A stretch of DNA of 64,000 nt from Macrostomum hystrix. Taxonomy: Eukaryota > Animalia > Platyhelminthes. Position numbers and translations under genes: made by a program. Positions 12,969 through 22,898 of the stretch are shown here, one piece after another. The stretch lies in assembly GCA_950097015.1 (NCBI GenBank), contig CATNEN010000011.1, positions 5,456,001 to 5,520,000 of the forward strand, read 5' to 3'. The first letter of the stretch is position 1, and the number at the start of each line of letters is the position of its first letter. Under the pieces are notes generated by a model that saw nothing but the letters and a program-made list of their open reading frames with translations, was not told the origin of the DNA and did no database searches.

Positions 12969-13673
12969 TCACAGATTGGCGCAGAGCCGTTTCGCAAACA
13001 GCACCGCATTCTGCAGCACGTCAGGGTCCAGCTTCTCGAACGGGCGCGAGCTCGTGACCTGGTCCATATACTCCTGAATGTGCAGCACTTTGAGTTTGTC
13101 GAATCCGAATGACTCAAAGATTCTCTCCGAATACTTGCTTCTTGTGAATTCAAAAGCTAACTCCAGCTGGAAGTCCTTGGCCACCTCCAGCGAGAGCTGC
13201 ACCAACCGCTTGGCGATGCCGCGACCAGCGTGACTGTCTCCAACCACCAGGTATTTGAAGGCCATGGCGCTGCTCACTCCGTAGTGTTTGAACAGGTCCA
13301 CACTGCTAGTCAGCTGGTCGAACATCCGGTAGACGATGCTGTCCTTCGGGTAGCGAGCGGCCACCTCCGGGTCCGACACCAGCGGGTGCTTCTGGCAGCC
13401 GTCCTCGACGCGTTCGACGCAAGCCAGGCAGGCGCCGACGATTTGGCCGCTGTTCGCGTCCTCCACCACCAGAGAGACGCCCGCATCCAGCATGCCTGGA
13501 ATGAGCTGACGCGAAGCCTCGATGTCGGCTGGGTACTCCATGCTCAGGCAGACACAGACTGGACTTCTCGGGTAGTACTGAGTAGCCAGGAGCTGCCAGA
13601 CTGCTTCAGAGTCAACCGCGGTGGCTGATCGGTAGACCAGACCGTCCACTTCTCGGCGAAAGCTTGGCTTCAT
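12969..13673 (-). CDS. GNAT-family arylalkylamine N-acetyltransferase-like protein, copy 1 (intronless, 234 aa)
   Basis: ATG at 13673 (MKPSFRREVDG...). Acetyl-CoA motif A HAGRGIAKRLVQ and SKYSERIFESFGF align with insect AANAT. AATAAA on the minus strand at 12843-12848. Confidence 0.88.
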   Translation of the reverse strand: MKPSFRREVDGLVYRSATAVDSEAVWQLLATQYYPRSPVCVCLSMEYPADIEASRQLIPGMLDAGVSLVVEDANSGQIVGACLACVERVEDGCQKHPLVSDPEVAARYPKDSIVYRMFDQLTSSVDLFKHYGVSSAMAFKYLVVGDSHAGRGIAKRLVQLSLEVAKDFQLELAFEFTRSKYSERIFESFGFDKLKVLHIQEYMDQVTSSRPFEKLDPDVLQNAVLFAKRLCANL

Positions 13674-14030
13674 CTTCGACACTTTGATACCGCGTCGGAA
13701 ATTCTCCAAAAAGCAATTTAAACCCTGCAATATAATTTTGCCCCATATATATATACTTTTTTATACTCAAAACACGCACACAGATAACAGATACAGGACC
13801 GTCGCACTTTAAACAAGCCGAACTTGTTTCAAGGCTCAGCCAGTTCCGGTTCTGGTTTAAACTTGTCTAACTCAACAAGTTAAAAGCGTTATAAACAGGT
13901 TAAAATCGTTTTTAAAGCTATTGGCATGCTTAGAAGGGTCAACTGGAGGTTATTGATTGGTTTAGTCATTTCTTAAAATATTTTTGCCATTTTCCTTCGG
14001 GCTCATTGCTTGGAACTGAAAATGTTCGAG

Positions 14031-14275
14031 TTGGGGCGAGTGGCAGAGCGGGTCTAACTCTAAATGCGCTTCCCTCTCGCACCAAGGTCCCGAGCTCGAT
14101 TCCGCGGGGAGGCAGCATTTATTTGGGGCGCAGTGGCGGACAGAAGGCTTGGAGGCTTGTCGCACAATTTACGCCATTGAGGGCCAACCTCCAAGACACA
14201 ATGAGAGTGTACACTGCCTGACGACGACGACGAAGAGAAAGTCAGGGCAGGTCTACACACCTGTGTGAGCGTATG
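14031..14275 (+). mobile_element. SINE family A, 3'-truncated
   Basis: GTGGCAGAGCGGGTCTAAC...GAGCTCGATTCCGC...ACACCTGTGTGAG. Confidence 0.78.
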
Positions 14276-14816
14276 CTTGTGTACTGTATCTTTGTGCTAT
14301 GGGCTGTCAAAGAATGCTGCAGAACAGCTGTTCAGTCCAAGGGAGCCACACCCACCAAAATGTATACCTCGACAAATCCTGGCACCCATTTACAGCTGAA
14401 TAAATTGAAGCACTAGGTACTAAGTAGTTAAGTGTCTTGCTTGAAGACACAAATTTGAGCCTGGAAATGGCACGATGGCGACCCAGCGATCGAACCATTG
14501 GTCCTGTTCTAAGTTGTCTAGCGCCGGTTCGCATTTAAAGTTTGTCCTTTGAAGTTCGTAAGAGCAGACCTTATCAGCTTGTGTGCTCATACAGAGGTCA
14601 GCCAGACTGTAAAGGTAAGCTCTGATAAGAGGAGACTGATGCGCCTAGTCAAAGTAAGCGTGCGTCAGTCAGCTGACACGAAAGGTCGAAAGTGCTGGAT
14701 CAGCTTCGAGATAAAGTTCTCTTATTAGTTTTTTATTCGGTCACATTTTTTGTCCATTCGTGTACATCTTATCTCACGTGCAAGTGCAATTCGGCAGTTG
14801 AAATGTTAAAGCTTTT

Positions 14817-15050
14817 AGTTATAATAATAATTGCAGGAGGGCTGTGAACAATGGCACACACTCCTGAGCACGCACGCACACAGATACCATGCGCAGGAAC
14901 ACACTCACACAGGTATTCAAGCCTGTCCTGACTTTTTTTACAAGCCCCCAAGCCTTTTCTTCGCCGCTGCGCCCGAAATGAATGTGGCCTCACCGCGGAA
15001 TCGAGCTCAGGGACCATATTGAGAGAGACAAACGCATTAACCGACCTGCC
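14817..15050 (-). mobile_element. SINE family A, internally deleted
   Basis: Reverse complement of the tail (ATAATAATTGCAGGAGGGCTG) and of the head (GCGGAATCGAGCTCAGGGACC). Confidence 0.72.
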
Positions 15051-15371
15051 CCTCACCTAGCTTGCGAAGGAGTGGCCCAGTGGTTAGACTGTTGTAGCTT
15101 CGGACGCATCTCCGCATAAGGGAGGACTCTATTGGTTTATCCTGTGACTTGAATTGGCACCGGACAGGCAGAAAATGCACTTCTCAGACCTCACTGCAAA
15201 TTTTGCATTGCAGGTAGCGATGTATGGCGTCAAACACAGTGACTGCCCTGGTGTCCCAGACGATGTCCCAGAAGACATCATTCATAATTGCTTTCAAATT
15301 ATGTTAGATTATCCGAAAACGATTAGGAAAAGGTCAGAGTTGGTCAGAGTTTAATGTGACCAACAGCAATG

Positions 15372-15900
15372 TCAAAGCAGCCTGGCACACAGCACTACAT
15401 CTTTCAGCACCGCAGGGTCCAGCTTCTCAAACGGTCTTGTTCCCGTGAACTCATCGAAATACTCCTGTACAAGCAGCCGGCTGAGCTTCTCGAAGCCTAG
15501 AGACTCGAAGATTCTCTCCCGAGTGTTTGTTCGTCGTGATCACGTAAACCAGCTCCTGCCCGAAGTCTTTCGCTGCCTCAAAACTGAATTCGGCAAGACG
15601 GAGTCCAATGCCCCGTCCAGTGTAGCTGTCGGTGACCAGCATGAACTGGCACGCCGAGATAATGCTGAATCCATAGCTCTTCATTCGGCCATCAGCTGGT
15701 CGAGCTGTTTGCGAACTCTGACCATCATCCGGTAGATGATGCTGTACTTCGGGCAGCAAGCGGCCAGCTCATGATCCGACACCAGCGGGTGCTTCTGGCT
15801 TTCGTCCTCAACAACCAAAGAAACACCACCATCGCCCAAGATTTTCGGGATGAGGTCATGCGCCGCCTGGACATCTGCTGGGTAGTCCATCTGCAGACTT
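15372..15900 (-). pseudogene. AANAT-like GNAT pseudogene, copy 2
   Basis: Homologous blocks in three frames (MDYPADVQAAHDLIP..., YTGRGIGLRLAEFSFEAAKDF, ...RPFEKLDPAVLKDVVLCARLL*). It has a 19-codon internal deletion, at least two frameshifts (~15690, ~15520) and no recognisable 5' end. Confidence 0.82.
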
Positions 15901-17045
15901 CGATTCACCAGATGATTGGTCAACTCTGGCCCCATCCTACCAGCCTGAGTGTGTGAGCGCGCAGCTATATGTTGAATTTCAGGCTCGGCGTTTACAAAAA
16001 CCTGTCAATTAAAGAACAAACTCCTGCAGCAACTGATGAACTCATTATTTATTAAGCTGGGTGAACATTCATTCTCATTTTTCCAATTTCCCGAGACTAA
16101 AACTTTCGTCCTTTTGGTGTCAGAAGCCTGGAGTTCCGAACACTAGAACACAAGCTCTCAAGAAAATTTAGTTGCCTAATATCTGCGCACCAGACTACTG
16201 TCAGTAATTTAAATGAGCTTGACTAACGTTAAGTAAGTGGTCCACTTTTATTTCACGTTTGCCAAAGAAACGGACTCTCGCTTAAAAGGGAAAAAACGAA
16301 AAACGGTTAGACACAATTCAGTGAGACTGAGCTGAACGGCACACTGAAATATTTACCATACTAATCTTTGCAGCCTAGGAAACATCTCTCAGTGCTGTTA
16401 TTCTGAGATTATACATTTTCACTTAGTTTGCTCTTGTGAAGTTTATAAACAAACACACGAGCCCGCTGCTTGCAGAAATATGAAAATGAAAATTTACCAT
16501 GTAAGGAAGAACATGACTAAACACACTCGCAGCCATTTGCAGTGCTTATGAAAACAATATTTCACAAACTTTGGCAAACAATTTTGCCAGCTTCTAGTTT
16601 TAGAACAATCCACTAGAAACCAATGCAAACACTTCCTAAAGTGCAGCTCAGCATTTTTGATTAGTTCTTAACAATTATTGGGTTGTAAACATACTAATTA
16701 CTGCGAGTAATAATGGCTGACTACACTTGCCCCAATTGAGCCAGATGTACAGCAGACAGCACAGCCGCAGCTATTGCACGACTGTTCAATCCATGGACGC
16801 CACACACACACCCAGTTAAATGTCTTTCTAAATGACACAAATGGTTTCAGTGGAATCGGGAATTTACTTTAAAATCGACATTGAAATCGTGATTCCGACA
16901 CTCCAACAACACGGCTACGGCCTCCTTTCATTAGTGACCAACGAACTAACCTGTGAAAAACTTTCATTTCAACCTGAGTTTCTTATTATCGAGCTAGAGA
17001 TAACTATTACTGGTACCAGTTGCCTGCTTTTGTAAGTCACGTACC

Positions 17046-17195
17046 CTTGGTGACACTAGACCCGCAGTCAGCGAGGAGGCACTGCTGCCTATTCTGCTGA
17101 CTCCTGAGCACACACGGACACAGATAACCAAACGCAGGTGTGTACAACTGCCCTGACTTTCTCATCGCCAGGTAGCGCACACTCTGTGTAATTAC
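17046..17195 (-). mobile_element. SINE family A, 3' part
   Basis: TTGGTGACACTAGACCCGCAGTCAGCGAGGAGGC...CCCTGACTTTCTCATCGCCAGG. Confidence 0.72.
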
Positions 17196-17794
17196 ATTCT
17201 TACGCCCTAAAGGGCTTGAATTGCCTTCTGCTTCTCTCTACCTTCTCACAATTTCTTCACCTCTGTATGATCAGTGAAACATTTCTCTGTTGTCCTGATT
17301 TGCTTTCCTACTTTTTGACTTAGTCAAGATCTTATTCTCTGATTCTTTCTCATTTCAAAGTCAAATTTTAGCGGACATGTAATCACGACAGCTGATCCCG
17401 CAGAAATTCAACAGAAATCGGGAACTCCAAATTAAGTTTCCTCCTCTTTGAGTCAAAGAAAATTTCTTTGACTTCGACTTCTTTGATGGAGGCTTCATCA
17501 AAAAAGGTCCGTGATTGAGTTAGTCAGGATTGTGTTTCGAGTCACAATGTGCCTTCATCAAATCAGCAAATATGTAGCCCTGCCAGTCGGAAAAACAGAA
17601 CACAGAATGGGAAAGTTAAATTTCATATTTATTCTATTTCAACTATTTTAATGAGAATTCAAATGAATATGATCAGATGTCTGCAGGTATAAACTTTTAT
17701 CCATAAGAAAATGGTTGTCAATATGCATAGATCAGATTATTTTTTTGGTGTGCTCAAAGTCAAATTGCTCAAAATTCTATTTAAATGATATTCT

Positions 17795-18487
17795 TTAGAG
17801 TCGTTTAGCATACAGCACCGCGTTTTGCAGTGACTCCGAGTCCAGCTTCTCAAACGGTCTCCCGCCCGTGACCCCGTCCAAATAGTCAGGGATGTGCAGC
17901 ACGTTGATCTTGTCGAAACCGAGTGTGTCGTAGATTCTCTCCGAGTACTTGCTGCCAGTGAAAGCTGTCACCAGCTCCAGCTGGAAGTCCTTGGCCACCT
18001 CCAGCGAGAGTTGCACCAACCGCTTGGCGATGCCGCGACCAGCGTGACTGTCTGCAACCACCAGAAATTTGAAGGCCATGGCGCTGCTCACTCCGTAGCG
18101 CTTGAACAGGTCGAAGTCCGCGGTCAGCTGGTCGAACATCCGGTAGATGATGCTGTACTTCGGATAGCGACTAGCCAACTGCGGGTCAGACACCAGCGGG
18201 TGCTTCTGGCAGCCGTCTTCGACGCGTTCGATGGACGAGAGCCGAGCGCCAATCAGCTGGCCGGAGGCGGCGTCCTCCACCACCAGCGAGACGCCCTCCT
18301 CGATGATGCTCGGCATGAGCTGGTGGGACGCCTCGATGTCGGAAGGCAGTTCCATGTTCAGGCAGTGACACAGAGCGGTTCTCGGGTAGAACTGTGTTGC
18401 CATGAGCTGCCAGACTGCCTCAGTGTCAGCCACGGTGGCTGTCCGATAGACCAGGCCGTCTAATTCTCGACGAAATATCGGCTTCAT
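17795..18487 (-). CDS. AANAT-like GNAT acetyltransferase, copy 3 (intronless, 230 aa)
   Basis: Complete ORF MKPIFRRELDG...AVLYAKRL*. Motif A HAGRGIAKRL. AATAAA on the minus strand at 17628-17633. Confidence 0.9.
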   Translation of the reverse strand: MKPIFRRELDGLVYRTATVADTEAVWQLMATQFYPRTALCHCLNMELPSDIEASHQLMPSIIEEGVSLVVEDAASGQLIGARLSSIERVEDGCQKHPLVSDPQLASRYPKYSIIYRMFDQLTADFDLFKRYGVSSAMAFKFLVVADSHAGRGIAKRLVQLSLEVAKDFQLELVTAFTGSKYSERIYDTLGFDKINVLHIPDYLDGVTGGRPFEKLDSESLQNAVLYAKRL

Positions 18488-18949
18488 TTCTTATCGTGTT
18501 CGGTGTTTTCTGATAATTTTTCTCCAAACGTTTCTCTGAATCGCGAGCAAAGATTCTTTTTATTAACAGGGCCGCTGCTTGGGGCTGTCAAATTTCTGAT
18601 CGAGAGTGGCGTTAGAGAGGCCAATGGAGGTGGGGGTAGGTCGAAAAGCCAGTCGGACACTCCAACCAGTGGGCGTTGGCGGACTAAGCGATCTGGGGGA
18701 GAGACTGGGGGGTAGGGTAGGAAAGGGAGTTGCTGGGGAGAGATTACAGGGTACCGAATGGACACAGCAACCTGTGCCGTACACTGTACGGTGCAAGGGA
18801 GCCGAGAGGAATAAATAAGATTGGGGGGAGGAAAATTTGGGGAGACAGAGTGTCCAGGAGAGGAAGCAACAGAAATTGAAATCTCTTTTGCGTTGCCTCT
18901 TTAAATTGTCTGCATGCCGAATGAAAAGCTATTTTATAGATTATGAAAC

Positions 18950-19303
18950 TAGTATCAGCCCCTGCTTCGATTCCAGTATGAGCAGCTCCTGCTTCGATTC
19001 CAGTATCAGCTCCTACTTCGATTCCAGTATCAGTTCCTGCTTCGATTCCAGTATCAGCTCCTGCTTCGATTCCAGTATGAGCAGTTCCTGCTTCGATTCC
19101 AGTATCAGCTCCTGCTTCGATTCCAGTATCAGCTCCTGCTTCGATTCCAGTATGAGCAGTTCCTGCTTCGATTCCAGTATGAGCAGTTCCTGCTTCGATT
19201 CCAGTATGAGCAGCTCCTGCTTCGATTCCAGTATCAGCCCCAGCTTCGATTCCAGTATCAGTTCCTACTTCGATTCCAGTATGAGCAGCTCCTGCTTCGA
19301 TTA
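18950..19303. repeat. 24/27-bp minisatellite (CTGCTTCGATTCCAGTATCAGCTC)
   Basis: Tandem periodicity. Confidence 0.93.
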
Positions 19304-19497
19304 TAATTTTCAGTCAAACCTGTGCCTAAGACATACGTCGCTATTGCTGTTTAGAAAAGCCAGACATTCATTGTTTGTTTATTTTCGAGCCTGGAGTAAA
19401 AATGGCAGTTCTTAATTACGAGCAACTACAAGTTCTGTGCTTGAGTTCTCAGAGTGCTGAGCAGTTTCAGTTGTGACAGACAAAGTCGCTGGTGCCG

Positions 19498-21564
19498 TCA
19501 GCCGCGACAGTTCTCGATGCTGACGGACGTCACAACGACTCGACCGTGCGCGCTGGCCGAGTTGCCACCGGCTGTGGCGTTGCAGCGGCTGCCGGAGCAG
19601 AAGGAACCTCCGCCACCTCCGGCCTGACCAACTTCCGTGCCAGCTCCACCGCCGCTGAAGCCGCCGCCGCCTCCGCTGCCTCCGCGTCTGACTCCCCCGA
19701 CTATGACTTCGGCATATGCAGCACCGCCGCCACCAAAGCCGCCGCAGCCGCCACCGCCGACCCATCCGTCGACTCGGCCTAGTCCGCTGAGTCCCTCAGC
19801 GCTCGAGTTGGACATCCAGCCAGCTCCCGGACCGCCAGGGAGACAAGACTCCGGGTTTCCACTCGCACACGGCACAGTTGACATGTCCATGCCCGACTGT
19901 CCGTTCGCTCCTCCGAAGCCGATCGCCAGGAAGTTCAGCCCGATGGAGTCGGTTCCGTTCACTCTGTCCTGACCGTCAAGGCCTGCAGAGAATGGGAAAG
20001 CTCACACTGAGCTGTATCCACTCACAGCCAATCAGCAAACACGGTTCAGCTGAGCGTCTCTCACAGCCAATCAGCAAACACGGCTCAGCTGAGCGTCTCT
20101 CACAGCCAATCAGCAAGCACGGCTCAGCTGAGCGTTTCTCACAGCCAATCAGCAAACACGGCTCAGCTGAGCGTCTCTCACCGTCGAATTCGATCGCAGC
20201 CCCTCCGCCTCCGCCTGCAGCCAGCAGCAGCTCGCCGCGGTTGTCGACGTACACGAATGAGCCGCCGCCGCCGCAGCCGCGGCCTCCGATAGCTCTCTGA
20301 CCGACGACAATGGACAGCACGGTGCCTACGGTGAGGTTGAAGAAGCCTAAGATGGCCGCTCCTCTGCCGCCTGTGGTTGAGACATAGTCAATTAAGCCGC
20401 CGCTGGCTCCGAAGGCCTCGATGCGGTAGCAGCCGGTCTGCGGCACGGCGGCAAGCTGCACAGATCCGAAGGAACCATCGCCGCTGTCTGCAAAGTCAGC
20501 AGTCAGGAATGAATGCAATCAGCTCAGGAATGTCTCAGAGACACTCGTCATTCACAGGCTGAGCTGGTCTGCTCACACCGACTCACTCAGGAAGGTGCCG
20601 TTGGCAGCTCGAATCGGACTTCTCCGCGGGAAGTTCGCGGTCTGGTCGTAGAAGGTCTCAGTGAGCCACAGCTCATCGCCAGCTTTGCCTCCCAGGCTGA
20701 CGGGCTCCTTCAGGCAGTGGGCTGACTGGGCATCGAACTCGAAGAAGTGCACCAGCTGGCACTCAGCGGCTCTGTTGTTGAAGCTCAGCAGAGCGCATCG
20801 CTTCTTGATGCACTGCACAGCGCAGAAGGCCAGCGAGTCGGCGACCTTCTCGAGCGTCACTTCGAAGCACGGCAAGCTGGCGTTGAGTTGAATCGGTCCG
20901 GGGCGCAGGTCGAGTCCGTTGATTTCGGTGTGGGGCGCAATAGGGCTACTGGCTGCAATGGGAAGTGAGAAGTGTGCTCAGGTCACAGCTGAGTGAGTGA
21001 GGAGTGTGCTCAGGTCACAGCTGGGTGAGTGAGGAGTGTGCTCAGGTCACAGCTGGGTGAGTGAGGAGTGTGCTCAGGTCACAGCTGGGTGAGTGAGGAG
21101 TGTGCTCAGGTCACAGCTGGGTGAGTGAGGAGTGTGCTCAGGTCACAGCTGGGTGAGTGAGGAGTGTGCTCAGGTCACAGCTGGGTGAGTGAGGAGTGTG
21201 CTCAGGTCACAGCTGGGTGAGTGAGGAGTGTGCTCAGGTCACAGCTGGGTGAGTGAGGAGTGTGCTCAGGTCACAGCTGGGTGAGTGAGGAGTGTGCTCA
21301 GGTCACAGCTGGGTGAGTGAGAAGTGTGCTCAGGTCACAGCTGGGTGAGTGAGAAGTGTGCTCAGGTCACAGCTGGGTGAGTGAGAAGTGTGCTCAGGTC
21401 ACAGCTGGGTGAGTGAGGAGTGTGCTCAGGTCACAGCTGGGTGAGTGAGGAGTGCTCAAATTAATGAAAGCGGCAGTGAAACTCAGCAAGTTGCAGGAAG
21501 TCTGGAAGGTGTCGGTAAACTCACTCAGCACGCAGAGCAGAAGTGCAGTCTTGGCGTGGTCCAT
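19498..21564 (-). CDS. Secreted PAN/apple + ALK/LTK-type glycine-rich-domain protein (4 exons, 398 aa)
   Basis: Exons 21564-21525, 20952-20587, 20487-20182, 19982-19498 (1197 nt; all three introns phase 1, GTGAG donors). Hydrophobic N-terminus MDHAKTALLLCVLTSSPIA. Apple-like SLAFCAVQCIKKRCALLSFNNRAAECQL. Glycine-rich-domain motifs GCYRIEAFGASGG, GGRGA, LSIVVGQ, GGGGSFV, LLLAAGGGGG, GGGGGFSGG, GGGGGSF. No TM or kinase domain. Confidence 0.8.
20021..20180. repeat. 39-bp tandem repeat x4 in intron 3 of the glycine-rich gene
   Basis: CTCACAGCCAATCAGCAAACACGGCTCAGCTGAGCGTCT. Confidence 0.93.
20972..21455. repeat. 32-bp tandem repeat in intron 1 of the glycine-rich gene
   Basis: GTGTGCTCAGGTCACAGCTGGGTGAGTGAGGA. 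Confidence 0.95.
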
Positions 21565-22135
21565 AACTGGCTGTCGCAGGGAGCGGAGCGTCGGCTCGAA
21601 GCGGCACAGCCGAGTCACTCAAATTTATCCAGCTCGCTGTGTATCTGCTGGCGTCCCTGGCAACAGGCCTGTTTGCCTGGCGAGATATGTGTCCCACCCG
21701 CATCTCGCCAAGACGAGTGGGGATGGCGTTGACAACTGCCTGACAGGCTCCGCCTGACGTGGCACATCAGAGCAGCTGCGTTGCCATGGAGACGGAGTAA
21801 TGTTCTCGGCTCGGTTAGCAGGGTAGACTCTAGAAGAGAATGAGCACTACATGGCACTCGTATTTTAATTAGCAAATTTTCCTTGGCTTGGATGACGTGC
21901 AAAATATTCCGTTTGAATCTGGGGATCTCATCAGGGCTGACAGGCCTTGGCCCGCGAATACTCCTTTGTTTATTAATTTGTCAATTTTATTCTAATCTTA
22001 AGTCTATTTTAACGTCCAATTGTCTAGTCGAATTCAGAGAATAATAGTCGGCACGATAATATGTTTTCTTCTGTTGCTTAACATTACATTTTTATTTTAT
22101 AACTTGACTAATTGTTGTTAAATATTTATTTAAAT

Positions 22136-22838
22136 CAGGGGTAGGCAAACTTATTTGCTGGCGGGCCAAAGAGAGAGCCTAAAAGACGACAGCGGGCCGC
22201 ATTGACTGTATAAATATGAAATAGGGGAGAGATGAGACACGGGAGAGATGAGACAGGGAAGAGATTAGACACGGGAGAGATTAGACACGAAAGAGATTAG
22301 ACACGGGAGAGATTAGACACGGGAGAGATTAGACACGGGAGAGATTAGACACGGGAGAGATGAGACACGGGAGAGATTAGACACGGGAGAGATAAGACAC
22401 GGGAGAGATGAGACACGGGAGAGATTAGACACGGGAGAGATGAGACACGGGAGAGATTAGACACGGGAGAGATAAGACAGGGAAGAGATTAGACACGGGA
22501 GAGATAAGACAGGGGAGAGATTAGACACGGGAGAGATTAGACACGGGAGAGATTAGACACGGGAGAGATTAGACACGGGAGAGATTAGATACGAGAGCGA
22601 TGAGACACGGGAGAGATTAGACACGGGAGAGATAAGACAGGGAAGAGATTAGACACGGGAGAGATTAGACACGGGAGAGATAAGACAGGGAAGAGATGAG
22701 ACACGGTAAAGATGAGACACGGGAGATATTTCACGAGAGATGAAACAGGAAACTGTAGATGTCAGAAGGGGCAACGGGCCGGATTTGGGAGCTTCAAGGG
22801 CCGCATCTGGCCCGCGGGCCGGAGTTTGCCGACCCCTG
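22136..22838. mobile_element. hAT-superfamily MITE (703 bp) with an internal 16-bp satellite
   Basis: TIRs CAGGGGTAGGCAAACT / AGTTTGCCGACCCCTG. 8-bp TSD ATTTAAAT at 22128-22135 and 22839-22846. GGCCCGCGGGCC subterminal motif. Confidence 0.92.
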
Positions 22839-22898
22839 ATTTAAATCCAAGTTATTTCGCTTCGAATCTGTGTTTTTTAAAGATCCATTCTCAACACA

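Noticed and set aside
13718-13725. GGTTTAA after an acceptor upstream of GNAT1 as a spliced-leader sequence
   Set aside because: It matches only 7 nt of nematode SL1, and SL sequence is not genome-encoded at acceptor sites.
15060-15135. tRNA gene (GTGGCCCAGTGGTTAGA A-box), and likewise the SINE heads at 4742, 11069 and 23460
   Set aside because: No complete cloverleaf or B-box/acceptor stem; these are SINE heads or remnants.
19492-20300. Proline-rich plus-strand ORFs (19637-19972, 19878-20300)
   Set aside because: Antisense of the Gly-rich exons and of the 39-bp repeat.
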